This document shows, piece by piece, positions 17,308 through 26,968 of a DNA stretch of 64,000 nt. The position numbers and the translations under genes are program-made. The first letter of the stretch is position 1; each line of letters begins with the position of its first letter. Below the pieces are notes generated by a model. It did not search any database. It worked only from the letters and a program-made list of their open reading frames with translations, and was not told the origin of the DNA. The DNA is from a virus (lineage: Duplodnaviria > Caudoviricetes): the IMG/VR virus record IMGVR_UViG_2799112225_000003, positions 2,968 to 66,967 of that record; one strand, written 5' to 3'.

Positions 17308-19329
17308 TCAGCCGCCGATGAACCGTTTTCCCTGTGCATCCTCGTAGACCGGCTTCCCGTTGGACGTGCCAACTTGGCGAGTCATCCCCGGGGGCAGACC
17401 TGCGCGTTGCGGCTGGCCTTGCTCCACGAACTGCCCGGTCTGATTGTTGAAGACGCGCGCCGGCCTGGTAACGGACTGCTGGGTGGTCGGGTCGATCTCC
17501 TGCCCGCCCGGCACCACGGTGAAGCGGCTCGGGTGCTCCTTGCCCGTCATCGTGCGGATCTGTTCTGCGATGGCCGCCCGATCTTCCGGCTTGGCCTTCT
17601 CGTACTGCTCGTACAGCTTCTCCACGCGCTGGGCCCCGCGAGTCTGGAACCCCTGCGCCTCCTGCCGCAGGGCGAGCTCGCCGCGCTGCACCTCGTTGGT
17701 CGCGCCTGCACGGGCATTAGCGCCCGCCTCCTGCACCGCCGTCCGGCCGGATGCGCCCGCCTGCTGAATGGCCTCGCGCTCCAGCGAAGCCGCGTTGTTC
17801 GCGGCGGTGGTTTCGCGGGTCACAGCATTGCGCCCGTTGGCTTCGTCCATGCCGGCCAGCACGCGCACCTGGTTGGCGGTGAGTTGCCCGTTTGGCGATC
17901 CCCTGTACGGCGTGCTCGCTGCCCCGAACGCGCTCCGGCGCACGCGATCAGCGTGGGTTTCGTCTCCGATCACCGTCAAGCCATTCCCGGGCGCGAACCC
18001 GACAGCCGGGCCTCCAGCCGCAGCAGCAGCTCGCTCGCCGGCGCGCTCCGCGATGCCGCGCGCCTCGAGCGCATCAGCCGCTGCCATGTTCTGCGCGCTC
18101 GGTGCGGAGCGTGGCGCAAAGCCCGCCGCGGCGGCGGCCGGCGAGTCGCCGTAGCTATTGCCCTGCCGAAACACGCCCGGCATGACCGGGCTGACGGCCG
18201 GCGCCGCCGAGCTCGCCGGCAAATCGTTCGATACAGGTGTCGCGGGCGGCACGACGACGGGGACAGAGGCCGGGCGGACCGCAGGGGCCGCTGCCGGTGA
18301 GGTGGCTGTTGCTGCGGGCTTCGCACCACTGCCCCAGCCCTCGCCTACCCCGGCGAATCCTCGGCTGGTCGGCGCGGCCGTGGTGTCGGTGCCGCCCTTG
18401 AACAACGTCGAACGCGGGTCGCTGAATGCGTCGAGCCGCCCGGTGCCGTCCTGCACCTTCGCCGGCTCGAATGATGCGGGTCCGGTGGCAACGTACGGCT
18501 GCATCATGCCGCCGCGCGTCCCCGCCGTCTGCTCGCGTCGGAACACGCCGAATGCAGCCCCTTGCGTCGGGGCCAGCGGGCTCGTCTGTGGTGCGGGCGC
18601 TGGTGCAGCCGTGGCAGCGGCCCTCTCGTTCGCAGCCAACTGCAGGGCCTGCGGACTTGGCGGCAGCGAGGCCGACAGCATTGGCAGGGGGGCGGGGATG
18701 CTGGGGCTAACGTCCAGCGCAGCCATAGGCGTCGGCGGGCGCGGCTTGCGTGTCTCGTCGTCGACAAGCCCACCATCGGCGAAGAAGACCGGCGGCTCGA
18801 CTGTTTCGGGCGCGAAGCCACGCGCCTCGGAGGCCGGCGCATGGGTCGCCCCCTTGATTGCGTCCAACGCCTGTACGCCCACCGCGTGCACCTGCTCGGG
18901 CGGCAACTGATATTCGCCGTTGCTCAGGTTCACCGGCACTTTCTCCGGGCTGAAACCCAGCGCGGCCACGCCGTCTTCGCCGAGTTGCTCGGTAGAGTCC
19001 GCCGGCATGATGTAGCTGCCCGGCCGCACCTCCGTCTCGATGCTGTCTGAAGTGCCGGTGCCGGGCCCGCGCACCGGCCCGCCGTCCTTCAGGCCCATGG
19101 CCTTCATGCGGCGCTCGGTCGCGCCCATGCCGGCGTACTGAGTGATCGCCTTCTCGGGTGCCGGTGCTGGCGCGGGTGGCGGCGCGGCCGGTGCGGCTGC
19201 AGGCGCCGCGGCGCCGGTGTCCGTGGGCTCGGAAATGCCCATCACCTTGCGCACCAAGCCGCGCACGAGGCCTCCCTCGGCAAGGTGTTGCGCCGGGGCG
19301 CGCTTCGTTTGGGGTTGAAAGCCGAGCAT
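17308..19329 (-). CDS. Internal virion/DNA ejection protein (673 aa)
   Basis: Start MLGFQP with AGAGG RBS; DGGPVRGPGTGTSDSI...LSNGEY motif as in tape-measure/ejection proteins; Ala/Pro-rich; precedes giant gene. Confidence 0.75.
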   Translation of the reverse strand: MLGFQPQTKRAPAQHLAEGGLVRGLVRKVMGISEPTDTGAAAPAAAPAAPPPAPAPAPEKAITQYAGMGATERRMKAMGLKDGGPVRGPGTGTSDSIETEVRPGSYIMPADSTEQLGEDGVAALGFSPEKVPVNLSNGEYQLPPEQVHAVGVQALDAIKGATHAPASEARGFAPETVEPPVFFADGGLVDDETRKPRPPTPMAALDVSPSIPAPLPMLSASLPPSPQALQLAANERAAATAAPAPAPQTSPLAPTQGAAFGVFRREQTAGTRGGMMQPYVATGPASFEPAKVQDGTGRLDAFSDPRSTLFKGGTDTTAAPTSRGFAGVGEGWGSGAKPAATATSPAAAPAVRPASVPVVVPPATPVSNDLPASSAAPAVSPVMPGVFRQGNSYGDSPAAAAAGFAPRSAPSAQNMAAADALEARGIAERAGERAAAAAGGPAVGFAPGNGLTVIGDETHADRVRRSAFGAASTPYRGSPNGQLTANQVRVLAGMDEANGRNAVTRETTAANNAASLEREAIQQAGASGRTAVQEAGANARAGATNEVQRGELALRQEAQGFQTRGAQRVEKLYEQYEKAKPEDRAAIAEQIRTMTGKEHPSRFTVVPGGQEIDPTTQQSVTRPARVFNNQTGQFVEQGQPQRAGLPPGMTRQVGTSNGKPVYEDAQGKRFIGG

Positions 19330-19357
19330 AGGCTGCCTCTGGAAAGTAATGAGTTCG

Positions 19358-19399
19358 ATTCTTCGAAGCGAGCCGGTTGGCGTCCAACCCCACAGCGGT
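19358..19399 (-). promoter_or_regulatory. Putative late promoter, copy 3 (degenerate)
   Basis: ACCGCTGTGGGGTT-N20-CGAAGAAT upstream of 19329. Confidence 0.5.
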
Positions 19400-19410
19400 A
19401 TCCTCGCCAA

Positions 19411-19992
19411 ATGCCCGTGACGCGCCTCCCCAACATCAAGAAGCTGAGAAATGATCGCGAACTGACCCAGAAGCGGTTGGCAGAGGCGATAGGAGTCACT
19501 CACCGAACCATCATCCGATGGGAGCAAGGCGAGGGAGAGCCTGGCATCGATGACCTGCTGACCTTGGCGCGATATTTCGGCATTAGCATCGATCAGTTGG
19601 TGGGCGAACTGCTGCCCGATCGAGACCTTGGCGCGCTGCCGAAGATGTCTGATTTGTCAGGACGGGAGTTGGACTTCTGGGTCGCTACTGCCCAGGGTGA
19701 CTCTCCAGAAATGCTGGATGGTGAGCCGGTGATCGTGGTTCCTGGCCAGAATCCTCGGCCCGTTCTGGCTTACAGCAGCAACTGGAGTCACGCCGGGCCG
19801 ATCCTGAGCGAGTACGACATGCATTTCACCCCGACGCCATCAGGCATCCCCTTCGACGGGGTCCTCCGCATGGAAAAGGGTGTCATTGCGCGTCCGGCAG
19901 CTCATCCAACCGCTGCTTGGGGGCGAAATCATCTTGAGGCGGCTATGCGCGCTTACCTGATCGCAGCCCTGGGCGAGCGGATCATGACCTAA
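19411..19992 (+). CDS. XRE-family HTH fused to NinX/DUF2591-like domain
   Basis: IKKLRNDRELTQKRLAEAIGVTHRTIIRWEQGEGEP; LSGRELDFWVA...YSSNWSHAGPIL...HLEAAMRAYL. Confidence 0.8.
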   Translation: MPVTRLPNIKKLRNDRELTQKRLAEAIGVTHRTIIRWEQGEGEPGIDDLLTLARYFGISIDQLVGELLPDRDLGALPKMSDLSGRELDFWVATAQGDSPEMLDGEPVIVVPGQNPRPVLAYSSNWSHAGPILSEYDMHFTPTPSGIPFDGVLRMEKGVIARPAAHPTAAWGRNHLEAAMRAYLIAALGERIMT

Positions 19993-20004
19993 GGTGGCAG
20001 GCGT

Positions 20005-20040
20005 CTGACATTTTTGTTACCCCAAAACACAATTTGTCGC
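20005..20040 (+). promoter_or_regulatory. Putative enhancer (PilR-type upstream activation sequence)
   Basis: TGACA-tttt-TGTTAC and ACACAATTTGTCGC, AT-rich, ~100-130 bp upstream of the sigma54 element. Confidence 0.45.
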
Positions 20041-20135
20041 ACAAACGCGGCGCAGAAGCCGAAATTCGCGCTTCACGCGCCTGAGAATTGCGAACTTTTT
20101 AACTCTTTTTGGCCAACCGCGGCGGTACTGGCGGG

Positions 20136-20151
20136 TGGCACACCTTCTGCA
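20136..20151 (+). promoter_or_regulatory. Sigma54 (-24/-12) promoter of pilin gene
   Basis: TGGCAC-ACCTT-CTGCA, exact GG-N10-GC spacing, 60 nt before pilin ATG. Confidence 0.85.
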
Positions 20152-20211
20152 ATTAAAGAAGCGCTCCGGGGGAAAAGGCCCTCGGTGACTCAACTAACTC
20201 CGAGGATTCAA

Positions 20212-20739
20212 ATGAACCGTCGCACCATCGCTCGCCGCGCACAAGCAGGCTTCACCCTTATCGAACTGATGATCGTCGTGGCGATCATCGGTATTCTGGC
20301 TGCTATTGCTATTCCCCAATACCAGACCTACGTCGCCAAGTCTCAGGTCTCTCGTGTGATGGGCGAAACGGCCGCGCAAAAGACCCCTGTTGAAGACTGC
20401 CTGAACAATGGCCAAATGACCCCTGGCGGTGCTACCGACGCGACGCACTGCGGCGGCACGGCCAGCGCTTCGAATCTGCTGAAGGACAACGACGGCAATA
20501 CGCTGAACGGCACGGCACCGGCAGCTGGCAAGGGCGGGGTTCCGGCTCTGTCGATCACCGCTGGCGCTGACGGCGCAGGTCCGACTGCTGCGCTGGTTGC
20601 CACCTTTGGTAGCTCGGCTTCTGCCGCTTTGACGGGTCAGTCGCTCACCTGGAACCGTGACGCTAACGGTAGCTGGACCTGCGCCACTACGGTGGCGAAG
20701 AAGTACACGCCGGCCGGCTGTGTTTCGAGCGGCGCTTAA
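20212..20739 (+). CDS. pilA: Type IVa major pilin 1
   Basis: Basic leader, G|FTLIELMIVVAIIGILAAIAIPQYQTY, C-terminal disulfide loop WTC...PAGC; GAGG RBS. Confidence 0.95.
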   Translation: MNRRTIARRAQAGFTLIELMIVVAIIGILAAIAIPQYQTYVAKSQVSRVMGETAAQKTPVEDCLNNGQMTPGGATDATHCGGTASASNLLKDNDGNTLNGTAPAAGKGGVPALSITAGADGAGPTAALVATFGSSASAALTGQSLTWNRDANGSWTCATTVAKKYTPAGCVSSGA

Positions 20740-20756
20740 TTCACGTCCACAAGATC

Positions 20757-20783
20757 AAAAAGCCGCCTTCGGGCGGCTTTTTT
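20757..20783. terminator. Intrinsic terminator between the pilins
   Basis: AAAAAGCCGCC-TTCG-GGCGGCTTTTTT. Confidence 0.85.
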
Positions 20784-20800
20784 ATTGGAAGGAAGCGATC

Positions 20801-21307
20801 ATGCAACGTACCGTTTCGCGAGGTTTCACTCTCATCGAATTGATGATTGTCGTGGCTATCATTGGTATCCTCGCGGCCCTCGCTTTCCCACAGTACCAGA
20901 CATATGTTTTGCGATCCCAGGTTCAGCGGGTGGTGGGCGAAACTGGGGCGATCAAGACAGCCGTCGAGGCGTGCTTGGCAAACGGAAAGACCAAGGTCGG
21001 AGACCCGGCCCTGAGCGCAGAAAACTGTGACCCTCAGGCGACTGGATCTAGTCTTCAAGCAACCGGAGGCAATGCCGCTCCGACCATCGAGCAGTCTTGG
21101 ACGATTCAGGGCAGCGGCGTACCAGTCGTAACCCTGTCGACCACCAGCAACTCGACCATCGTCGCGACATTTGGCAACCTTGCTGGCTCCGCATTGAAAG
21201 GGGCGACAGCTGGTAGCGTACGGTGGGAGCGCGATCCGAATGGATCTTGGGCCTGTCGAGTGGCGAACATTGACCCGCTTTATGTCAGCCCTGCTTGCCC
21301 GCTATAG
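20801..21307 (+). CDS. pilA: Type IVa major-type pilin 2
   Basis: G|FTLIELMIVVAIIGILAALAFPQYQTY, C-terminal WAC...PAC; GGAAGG RBS. Confidence 0.92.
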   Translation: MQRTVSRGFTLIELMIVVAIIGILAALAFPQYQTYVLRSQVQRVVGETGAIKTAVEACLANGKTKVGDPALSAENCDPQATGSSLQATGGNAAPTIEQSWTIQGSGVPVVTLSTTSNSTIVATFGNLAGSALKGATAGSVRWERDPNGSWACRVANIDPLYVSPACPL

Positions 21308-21337
21308 CTGTAGGCGAGCAGTTCAGGCTACCCTTTC

Positions 21338-23230
21338 TCAGTACTGATAGCTGTAGGTCGTGCTTGTGCTCTTACTGTTCGAATCCGAAGCGCTGGCACT
21401 CCCCGATCCGCTGATGCCGGCAGACACGTGCATCGCCGACATCGCGCCCGCCGCGAGCTGCGCGGTGTACTGCCCCAGCGCCTTGGCTGCCTCCAGCGCG
21501 ATCTGAGCCTGCTGGACCGCGTTCTGCATGCGGGCGGTGTATTCGCTGATCTGCATCTGCGCGTAAGCGATGTTGGTCCGGGTGTTCATGTCGGCGAAGC
21601 GCGACTGCATTTCGGCGTCAGCCACCACCGCGTTGGTCTTGGCTCGCCAGCCCTCGACCTGGGCCTGGTAGACCTGCGTGCTGTACTGCACCTCCCGCAG
21701 GCTCGCGTCGATGCGCGCCTTGAAGGCGTCCACGTCGGCCAGGAACTTCGACACCTTGGTGCGCGCGGCCTCCATCTTGATCTGCGCGCCCTTCACCTTG
21801 ATCTCGGCCTTGTTGGTCACCGCCTGCACCGTGGCTGCGTAGGCACGAGACTGCGACTCCAGCACGCCGGCCTTGGCCGCCTCGCCCTTCACCTGGGCCT
21901 CGTAGGCGTCGAACTTCACCTTCTCGACGCCCACCTGCTCGGCGAAAGCCTGCACATCGGCCCGGTATGCGTCGAACTGCGCCTTGATCGTGTCCGCGCG
22001 CACCGACGCGCCCTGCATCAGGGCTTTGTAGACCTCGACGTTCGACTGCACCGCCTCGATCTTGGCCTTGAACACCTCGACTCGCTGCTGGTTGATCTGG
22101 CCCAGCGCGACCTGCCCCTCCACGGCCGTCTTGTAGGCGGTCAGCTTCGACAGCGCCGCGTCCAGCCGCGTGCGGTACACCTGGGCCAGCGTCTCGAAGG
22201 CGGCGTTCTGCGAGTTGAACAGCGCGATCCGCGCGTTGAACACGTTGATCTGACTCTCGGCCTGGAAGCGTGCCACCTCGAACAGGCGCTTCGCCATGTT
22301 CTCGTAGAGGTTCGTCGTCAGTTGCTCCAGCGCCATGCCCTGCTGCACCGCGAAGCGGATGTTCTCGATCTCCCACTGCGCGGCCTGGATGAGGATGTCG
22401 CGGTTCAGCTCGGCGGCCTTGAGCCGGCCCTGCTCGCGGATCACGCTCGCCTGCTTCGTGAGCATGCCCGGCGGCATCGAGAAGCCGCGTGCCGCCCAGG
22501 TATCCACGGCCTCTTGAACTGCGCGCTCGGTTTCCGCGCTGTCGCGCTCGCGGGTGCGCGCGAACAGCGCATCCTCGACCGCCGGCGGCAGCCCGGTCCC
22601 GCCGGCCATCATTCCCCGCACCTCGGCCTGCAGCTCGTCCAGCACCTCGGACTCGTAGACCGGCTCGACCCAGTTGATGAAGACGTTCGGCACCGTGACG
22701 CCGTCAGCGTTCGGCGGCGTGGCATCGAAGGTCGGCAACTGCGGGAACTCGAACACCGGCAGCGCGATGCGTTCGAGCGCTTCCATTTCCGGCATGACGA
22801 TGCTCGGCGCCGCGGGCAGGTCTACCGTGGTGTCTATCTGCGGGCGCTGCGGCGCTGAGATGTCCGCCATGCCCGGCGCGTCGGGGATGTTGATCGGGAT
22901 CGCGGTCGGTGGGTCGGGCAGGTCGCCTAGGTCGCCCAGGTCCAGACCGTTCAGCAGTGCATCGATGTCGATGTCCGCAGGTGACGAGGGCATGGTCAGG
23001 TTGGGCGGCGAGTAGCCGGGCGCGTCGCCCAGGTTGATCGCGGGCGGATTCGCCACCGGCGCAACCGGCCGCGTGGGCACCGGCACGTCGGCCACCTGCA
23101 CCGCGCCAATCTGCGCGAGCGCGCTGCTCAACAGCGCGTTGTAGCGGTCGGCCAGCACCTCCAGGTGCGCCATCTTGTCCGTGACGGTTTCCACCGCCAC
23201 ACCGAGGATGCTGTCTGGTTGAATGCCCAT
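21338..23230 (-). CDS. Virion structural protein (Pro-rich N-terminus, long coiled coil; 630 aa)
   Basis: Start MGIQPD overlaps upstream stop (TGATG); last gene of the tail operon. Confidence 0.75.
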   Translation of the reverse strand: MGIQPDSILGVAVETVTDKMAHLEVLADRYNALLSSALAQIGAVQVADVPVPTRPVAPVANPPAINLGDAPGYSPPNLTMPSSPADIDIDALLNGLDLGDLGDLPDPPTAIPINIPDAPGMADISAPQRPQIDTTVDLPAAPSIVMPEMEALERIALPVFEFPQLPTFDATPPNADGVTVPNVFINWVEPVYESEVLDELQAEVRGMMAGGTGLPPAVEDALFARTRERDSAETERAVQEAVDTWAARGFSMPPGMLTKQASVIREQGRLKAAELNRDILIQAAQWEIENIRFAVQQGMALEQLTTNLYENMAKRLFEVARFQAESQINVFNARIALFNSQNAAFETLAQVYRTRLDAALSKLTAYKTAVEGQVALGQINQQRVEVFKAKIEAVQSNVEVYKALMQGASVRADTIKAQFDAYRADVQAFAEQVGVEKVKFDAYEAQVKGEAAKAGVLESQSRAYAATVQAVTNKAEIKVKGAQIKMEAARTKVSKFLADVDAFKARIDASLREVQYSTQVYQAQVEGWRAKTNAVVADAEMQSRFADMNTRTNIAYAQMQISEYTARMQNAVQQAQIALEAAKALGQYTAQLAAGAMSAMHVSAGISGSGSASASDSNSKSTSTTYSYQY

Positions 23231-24378
23231 CACACTTTCCTTTTCGTCGGCGCCGCGTTGACGCTCAAGTCGTTGATCTCGCCACGCTTCGCATCCAGGC
23301 GAAGCGTGAAGCTGAAGTGCCTGCCCCGCAGCCCGCGGCCGAAGATGAATCGCCCGTTCGTGAGCGCGGCGGCAGGCTCCGGCTCCAGGGGGTAGCTGTA
23401 GGTCTCGGCAGCGCCGTCCTGCGTGGTGGTCACGTCCATGGTGGCTGTGCCGTCCAGCTCGTACTCCAGGAAGGCCTGCAGCGGGTGGACCAGCACTCCC
23501 TTTCCAACATCGACCGGCGCCGTGCGGATAGCAGCCGCCTGCGGGGTGGGCGTGTCCAGCGCGTACACCCCACCTTCGGCCAGGCCGAAGAGCGCACCGT
23601 CGATGACCACCAGCGCGGTGAACGGCACCGGATCGTGGCGAGACATGGCCCACGACTCGGTGTTCGTCGTCCAAGCCTGCGCCCGCACGGGCTCGCCGAC
23701 CATCTGGTCTTCCACCATCGCGCTGTCGTGGACCAGGTCCGCAGCGTGCAGCCGGCCGAGCACCTCATCAGCGACTCTCGCCACCTCGATCACCGGCGCC
23801 GCGGCCTGGCGCGCGTCGATCACCTCATCGACCGCCACGCCCGTTTCGATGGTCAGGGCGGCCGCGTGCAGCGTTCCGCCCGAGGAGTCCTCGGCGTGCG
23901 CCAGCTCCACCACCAGGGAGGCGGCGAAACTGGGCGCCGAATCGAAGATCTGGGCCTGCTCCTGTACCACGCTCCTGACGCGGCGCTGCGCCAGCACCAG
24001 ATCGCTCACCGCGGCCGACTCGACCACCAGCGTGCGCGTGCGGTCGGCCACCTGGTCGCTGATCTGCGCGCCGTCGGTATGCAGGACACGCAGGCGCCCC
24101 GTCGTCATGTCGGCGGCCGTTGCGCGCTCCACGACCACCTCGCGGCTGGCCCGCGCATCGATGACTTGATCGCTCAGAGTCGCCCGCTCGACCACGATGC
24201 CGCCAGGCCGGTCGAACACGGCATCGCTGGCCAGGGCCGCTTCGGCATGCAGCACCATGAGCCCGAACAACAGCACGCTCGACGCCCGCGCGATTTCCTC
24301 GGTCACGCTGGTCAGCCCGAGCCATATGGAGCTGCTGGCCACTGCGGTTTCCTGAACGTCGTCGCGGTAGCTACTCAT
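23230..24378 (-). CDS. Putative tail/virion protein (382 aa)
   Basis: Coupled in tail operon; repeated V.E.A...D units; C-terminal GRGLRGRHFSFTL. Confidence 0.7.
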   Translation of the reverse strand: MSSYRDDVQETAVASSSIWLGLTSVTEEIARASSVLLFGLMVLHAEAALASDAVFDRPGGIVVERATLSDQVIDARASREVVVERATAADMTTGRLRVLHTDGAQISDQVADRTRTLVVESAAVSDLVLAQRRVRSVVQEQAQIFDSAPSFAASLVVELAHAEDSSGGTLHAAALTIETGVAVDEVIDARQAAAPVIEVARVADEVLGRLHAADLVHDSAMVEDQMVGEPVRAQAWTTNTESWAMSRHDPVPFTALVVIDGALFGLAEGGVYALDTPTPQAAAIRTAPVDVGKGVLVHPLQAFLEYELDGTATMDVTTTQDGAAETYSYPLEPEPAAALTNGRFIFGRGLRGRHFSFTLRLDAKRGEINDLSVNAAPTKRKV

Positions 24379-26965
24379 TGATGACTCCGATGAAGTGGTG
24401 CGCGCTGCGGTTGTCGGCCAGCGCCGTGTAGCCCCAGCGGCGGCGCAGGCCGTTCTGGTCCTGCTCGTAAATGCTGGCGTAGCTGCTGTCGCCGATGGCG
24501 ACGTGCACCGCGTCGCGATAGAAGTAGGTCTGTTCCTCCGGCGAGAAGCCGAAGTACCAGGAATGCGGAATGTCCTTGTGGGCGACGACAGAGCCGGCGC
24601 CCTTCATCGATACGCTCAGCCGGCCCGACTGCTCGGCTGGGAACAGCTTCTCGCTGAAGAACGGCTCGAAGCCCGGCGCCTCGCCGCCGATGACCACCCC
24701 GTTCGCGTGGTGGGTGCTCGACGAGCGCGAGGTGTAAGGCCCGCAAACCGCCGTCACGTCGAGGAACCCGCCGGGCGGCAGGTTGAACCAGTCGCCGCTG
24801 TCGGCATAGTCGCTCACCTCGGTGGGCGAGTAGACAAGCGTGTCGACGTAGACGGGCACACCGTCTTTCGAGGGCGGATCACCCTTGTTGTGGTTGTCCG
24901 TCTGCCCCATGAAGTGAAAGATGTTGTCGTAGCACCAGAGCTGGTAGGAGGTCGGGTCCGCCATAGCGAACTGCTCGGTCTTCTCCGACTCGGCACGGCG
25001 GGAGGTGCTCTCGGTGTAGGGATAGAGGATGCAGTCGCGCTCGAACACCGGCACGCACGCGGCCACGTCGATGCCGAAGCCCGACGTGCTCTTCACCGTG
25101 GTGCGGTGGTAGTAGTAGCGGGCCCGCGAGAGCGAGCCGACGCAGTACAGGAGCGGCGGCGTGGCGAAGGCCGGCTGGCCGTAGCCCATGTCGATGCCCG
25201 TGATGTGCGTCGTGGTGCTGACCGGCGGCGCCACCTGCCGATCGTCGAATGCCGAGGTGTAGAAGTAGCCCATCAGACCCGACAGCCCGGTGGTTTCGGT
25301 CTTCTCCCACTGACCGACGATCATGTACTTCTCGAAGGTGCTCTGCACCTTCTCCTGCACCTTGCGCTCGTCGTAGAAGTACTTGACCACCTGCAGCTCG
25401 TCATCGACGTAGCAGCCGAACACGATGGTGTCGCACTTCACGGCTGGGCCGTTGTAGTCGTCCGACACCATCACGAACGACTCGCAGCCCTGGCCGCGCA
25501 GCTCCGGAAACTTCAGCCGCCCCATCGACTTCGGGTTCTTGCCCGGCCAGTACATCGGACCGGTACCGACCCGCGCCACGTTGCCCTGATGCGAAGCGAT
25601 CGGCTCCAGCTCGAGCGCATCCCAATAGTCTTTGTCGGGCCCATTCGATACCGACGCCCGCGCCAGGATCTGCGCAGCGGTCGCGCGGCGAACCTTGTAC
25701 GCAATGGCCCGCGCCCGGTGCGAGCCGTCCCGCAGTTGCTCGAAGAGCCGATCCAGATAGGCGTGGGCTCGCGCAGCCTCCTCCGCGTCGAACTGCCACG
25801 ATGCCTTCAGGCGCCCGCCGCTCGGGGCTGTGCCCAGCCGCAGCTTCATCTTGTAGGCGTGGGCGCGCAGCAGCCCCGCGCCGTCTCGGTCCCAGCAGGT
25901 ATTGAAGCCCTCGCTGCCGCGGCTGTTCATAGACCAGCCGCCAGCGGCGTAGAAGGCCTGGTGAGCGTAAAAGTCCGCGCAGTCGCACACCTTGATGAAC
26001 ACGCCCGCGCGGCGCCAGGCCTCGAAGTCCTGTTCATCGTCAGGGAAGGTTTCCCCGGATGGAAGTCCGCCGAAGCGGTCCAGCACCTTGAGGAGCTCGG
26101 CGTCGCCGACCTCCTCGATGTAGTCGCGGAACGCAGTCGCGGTGGTGGCCGGTACCAGCGGCAGGGGCATGGCGAAGACACCGCGGGCGTTGATGCGCAG
26201 CAGCCATGGCTTGCCGCCAGTGTCGAAGGCGACAGCATCCCCTTCCCCGTGCTGGTAGCTGTATTGGAACTGCCCCTCGCGATCCGGGAAGCCCGTGTAG
26301 CCCGGCAGCCGCAGGCCTGCAACCTCGCGCCGGATCTCGCGCATGAAGCGCTCCGGCACGCGCATGCGCGCACGCTCGATCTGGTCGTCTGGCAGGTCAG
26401 CCAGCACCTGCCGGCCATACCCACCCACCACCTGCGCCACCTCGGCCATGGCCCCGCTGTACCAGGTCGGGCGCTGCTTCACGTACTGCGTGAACATGTA
26501 GATGCCGCTGTAGTTGGGCCGGAAGTAGGCGAACCGGTCCTGGTAGTCGATGCGAAAGCGCTGCAGCGCCACGTCCTTCGGCGGCAGGTCCACGTCGGTG
26601 CGGTAGCCCACGAGGCGCTGGCGTGTCTGCTCGGTCAACTTGATGCCCACGCCCTCGCCTTCCAGCACCTGGGCCCGCGTGATGACACCGGAGAACAGCA
26701 TGGGCACGTTCGTTTCAGCCAGGCCAGTGAGCTCGTGCTCCGGGTTCTCGTGGCGCTCCAGCACCAGGATGCGGAACACGCCGCCCATGTCGATGGCCAC
26801 CGCCTGCCGGCCGCTGGGCAGATCCGCGACGCGCTTCACGCTGTCCAGCGCGGACAGTTGCTTGAAGTTGGTCGCGGCCCTGGCCAGCCGCTCGACAGCG
26901 GCCTCATCTTCTGGGGACAGCTCCGCCTGCTCGGCAAAGCGCCCGTAGGGGCGCGGTGCGTGCAT
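24371..26965 (-). CDS. Putative tail/virion protein (864 aa)
   Basis: Long ORF, coupled with neighbours, strong GC3 bias. Confidence 0.75.
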   Translation of the reverse strand: MHAPRPYGRFAEQAELSPEDEAAVERLARAATNFKQLSALDSVKRVADLPSGRQAVAIDMGGVFRILVLERHENPEHELTGLAETNVPMLFSGVITRAQVLEGEGVGIKLTEQTRQRLVGYRTDVDLPPKDVALQRFRIDYQDRFAYFRPNYSGIYMFTQYVKQRPTWYSGAMAEVAQVVGGYGRQVLADLPDDQIERARMRVPERFMREIRREVAGLRLPGYTGFPDREGQFQYSYQHGEGDAVAFDTGGKPWLLRINARGVFAMPLPLVPATTATAFRDYIEEVGDAELLKVLDRFGGLPSGETFPDDEQDFEAWRRAGVFIKVCDCADFYAHQAFYAAGGWSMNSRGSEGFNTCWDRDGAGLLRAHAYKMKLRLGTAPSGGRLKASWQFDAEEAARAHAYLDRLFEQLRDGSHRARAIAYKVRRATAAQILARASVSNGPDKDYWDALELEPIASHQGNVARVGTGPMYWPGKNPKSMGRLKFPELRGQGCESFVMVSDDYNGPAVKCDTIVFGCYVDDELQVVKYFYDERKVQEKVQSTFEKYMIVGQWEKTETTGLSGLMGYFYTSAFDDRQVAPPVSTTTHITGIDMGYGQPAFATPPLLYCVGSLSRARYYYHRTTVKSTSGFGIDVAACVPVFERDCILYPYTESTSRRAESEKTEQFAMADPTSYQLWCYDNIFHFMGQTDNHNKGDPPSKDGVPVYVDTLVYSPTEVSDYADSGDWFNLPPGGFLDVTAVCGPYTSRSSSTHHANGVVIGGEAPGFEPFFSEKLFPAEQSGRLSVSMKGAGSVVAHKDIPHSWYFGFSPEEQTYFYRDAVHVAIGDSSYASIYEQDQNGLRRRWGYTALADNRSAHHFIGVINE

Positions 26966-26968
26966 GGG

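Noticed and set aside
17308-23674. N-terminal extensions in the ORF track (starts 19527, 19285, 20014, 20657, 23674)
   Set aside because: Internal ATGs with RBS, prepilin leaders or stop-start overlaps give better starts (19329, 19411, 20212, 20801, 23230)
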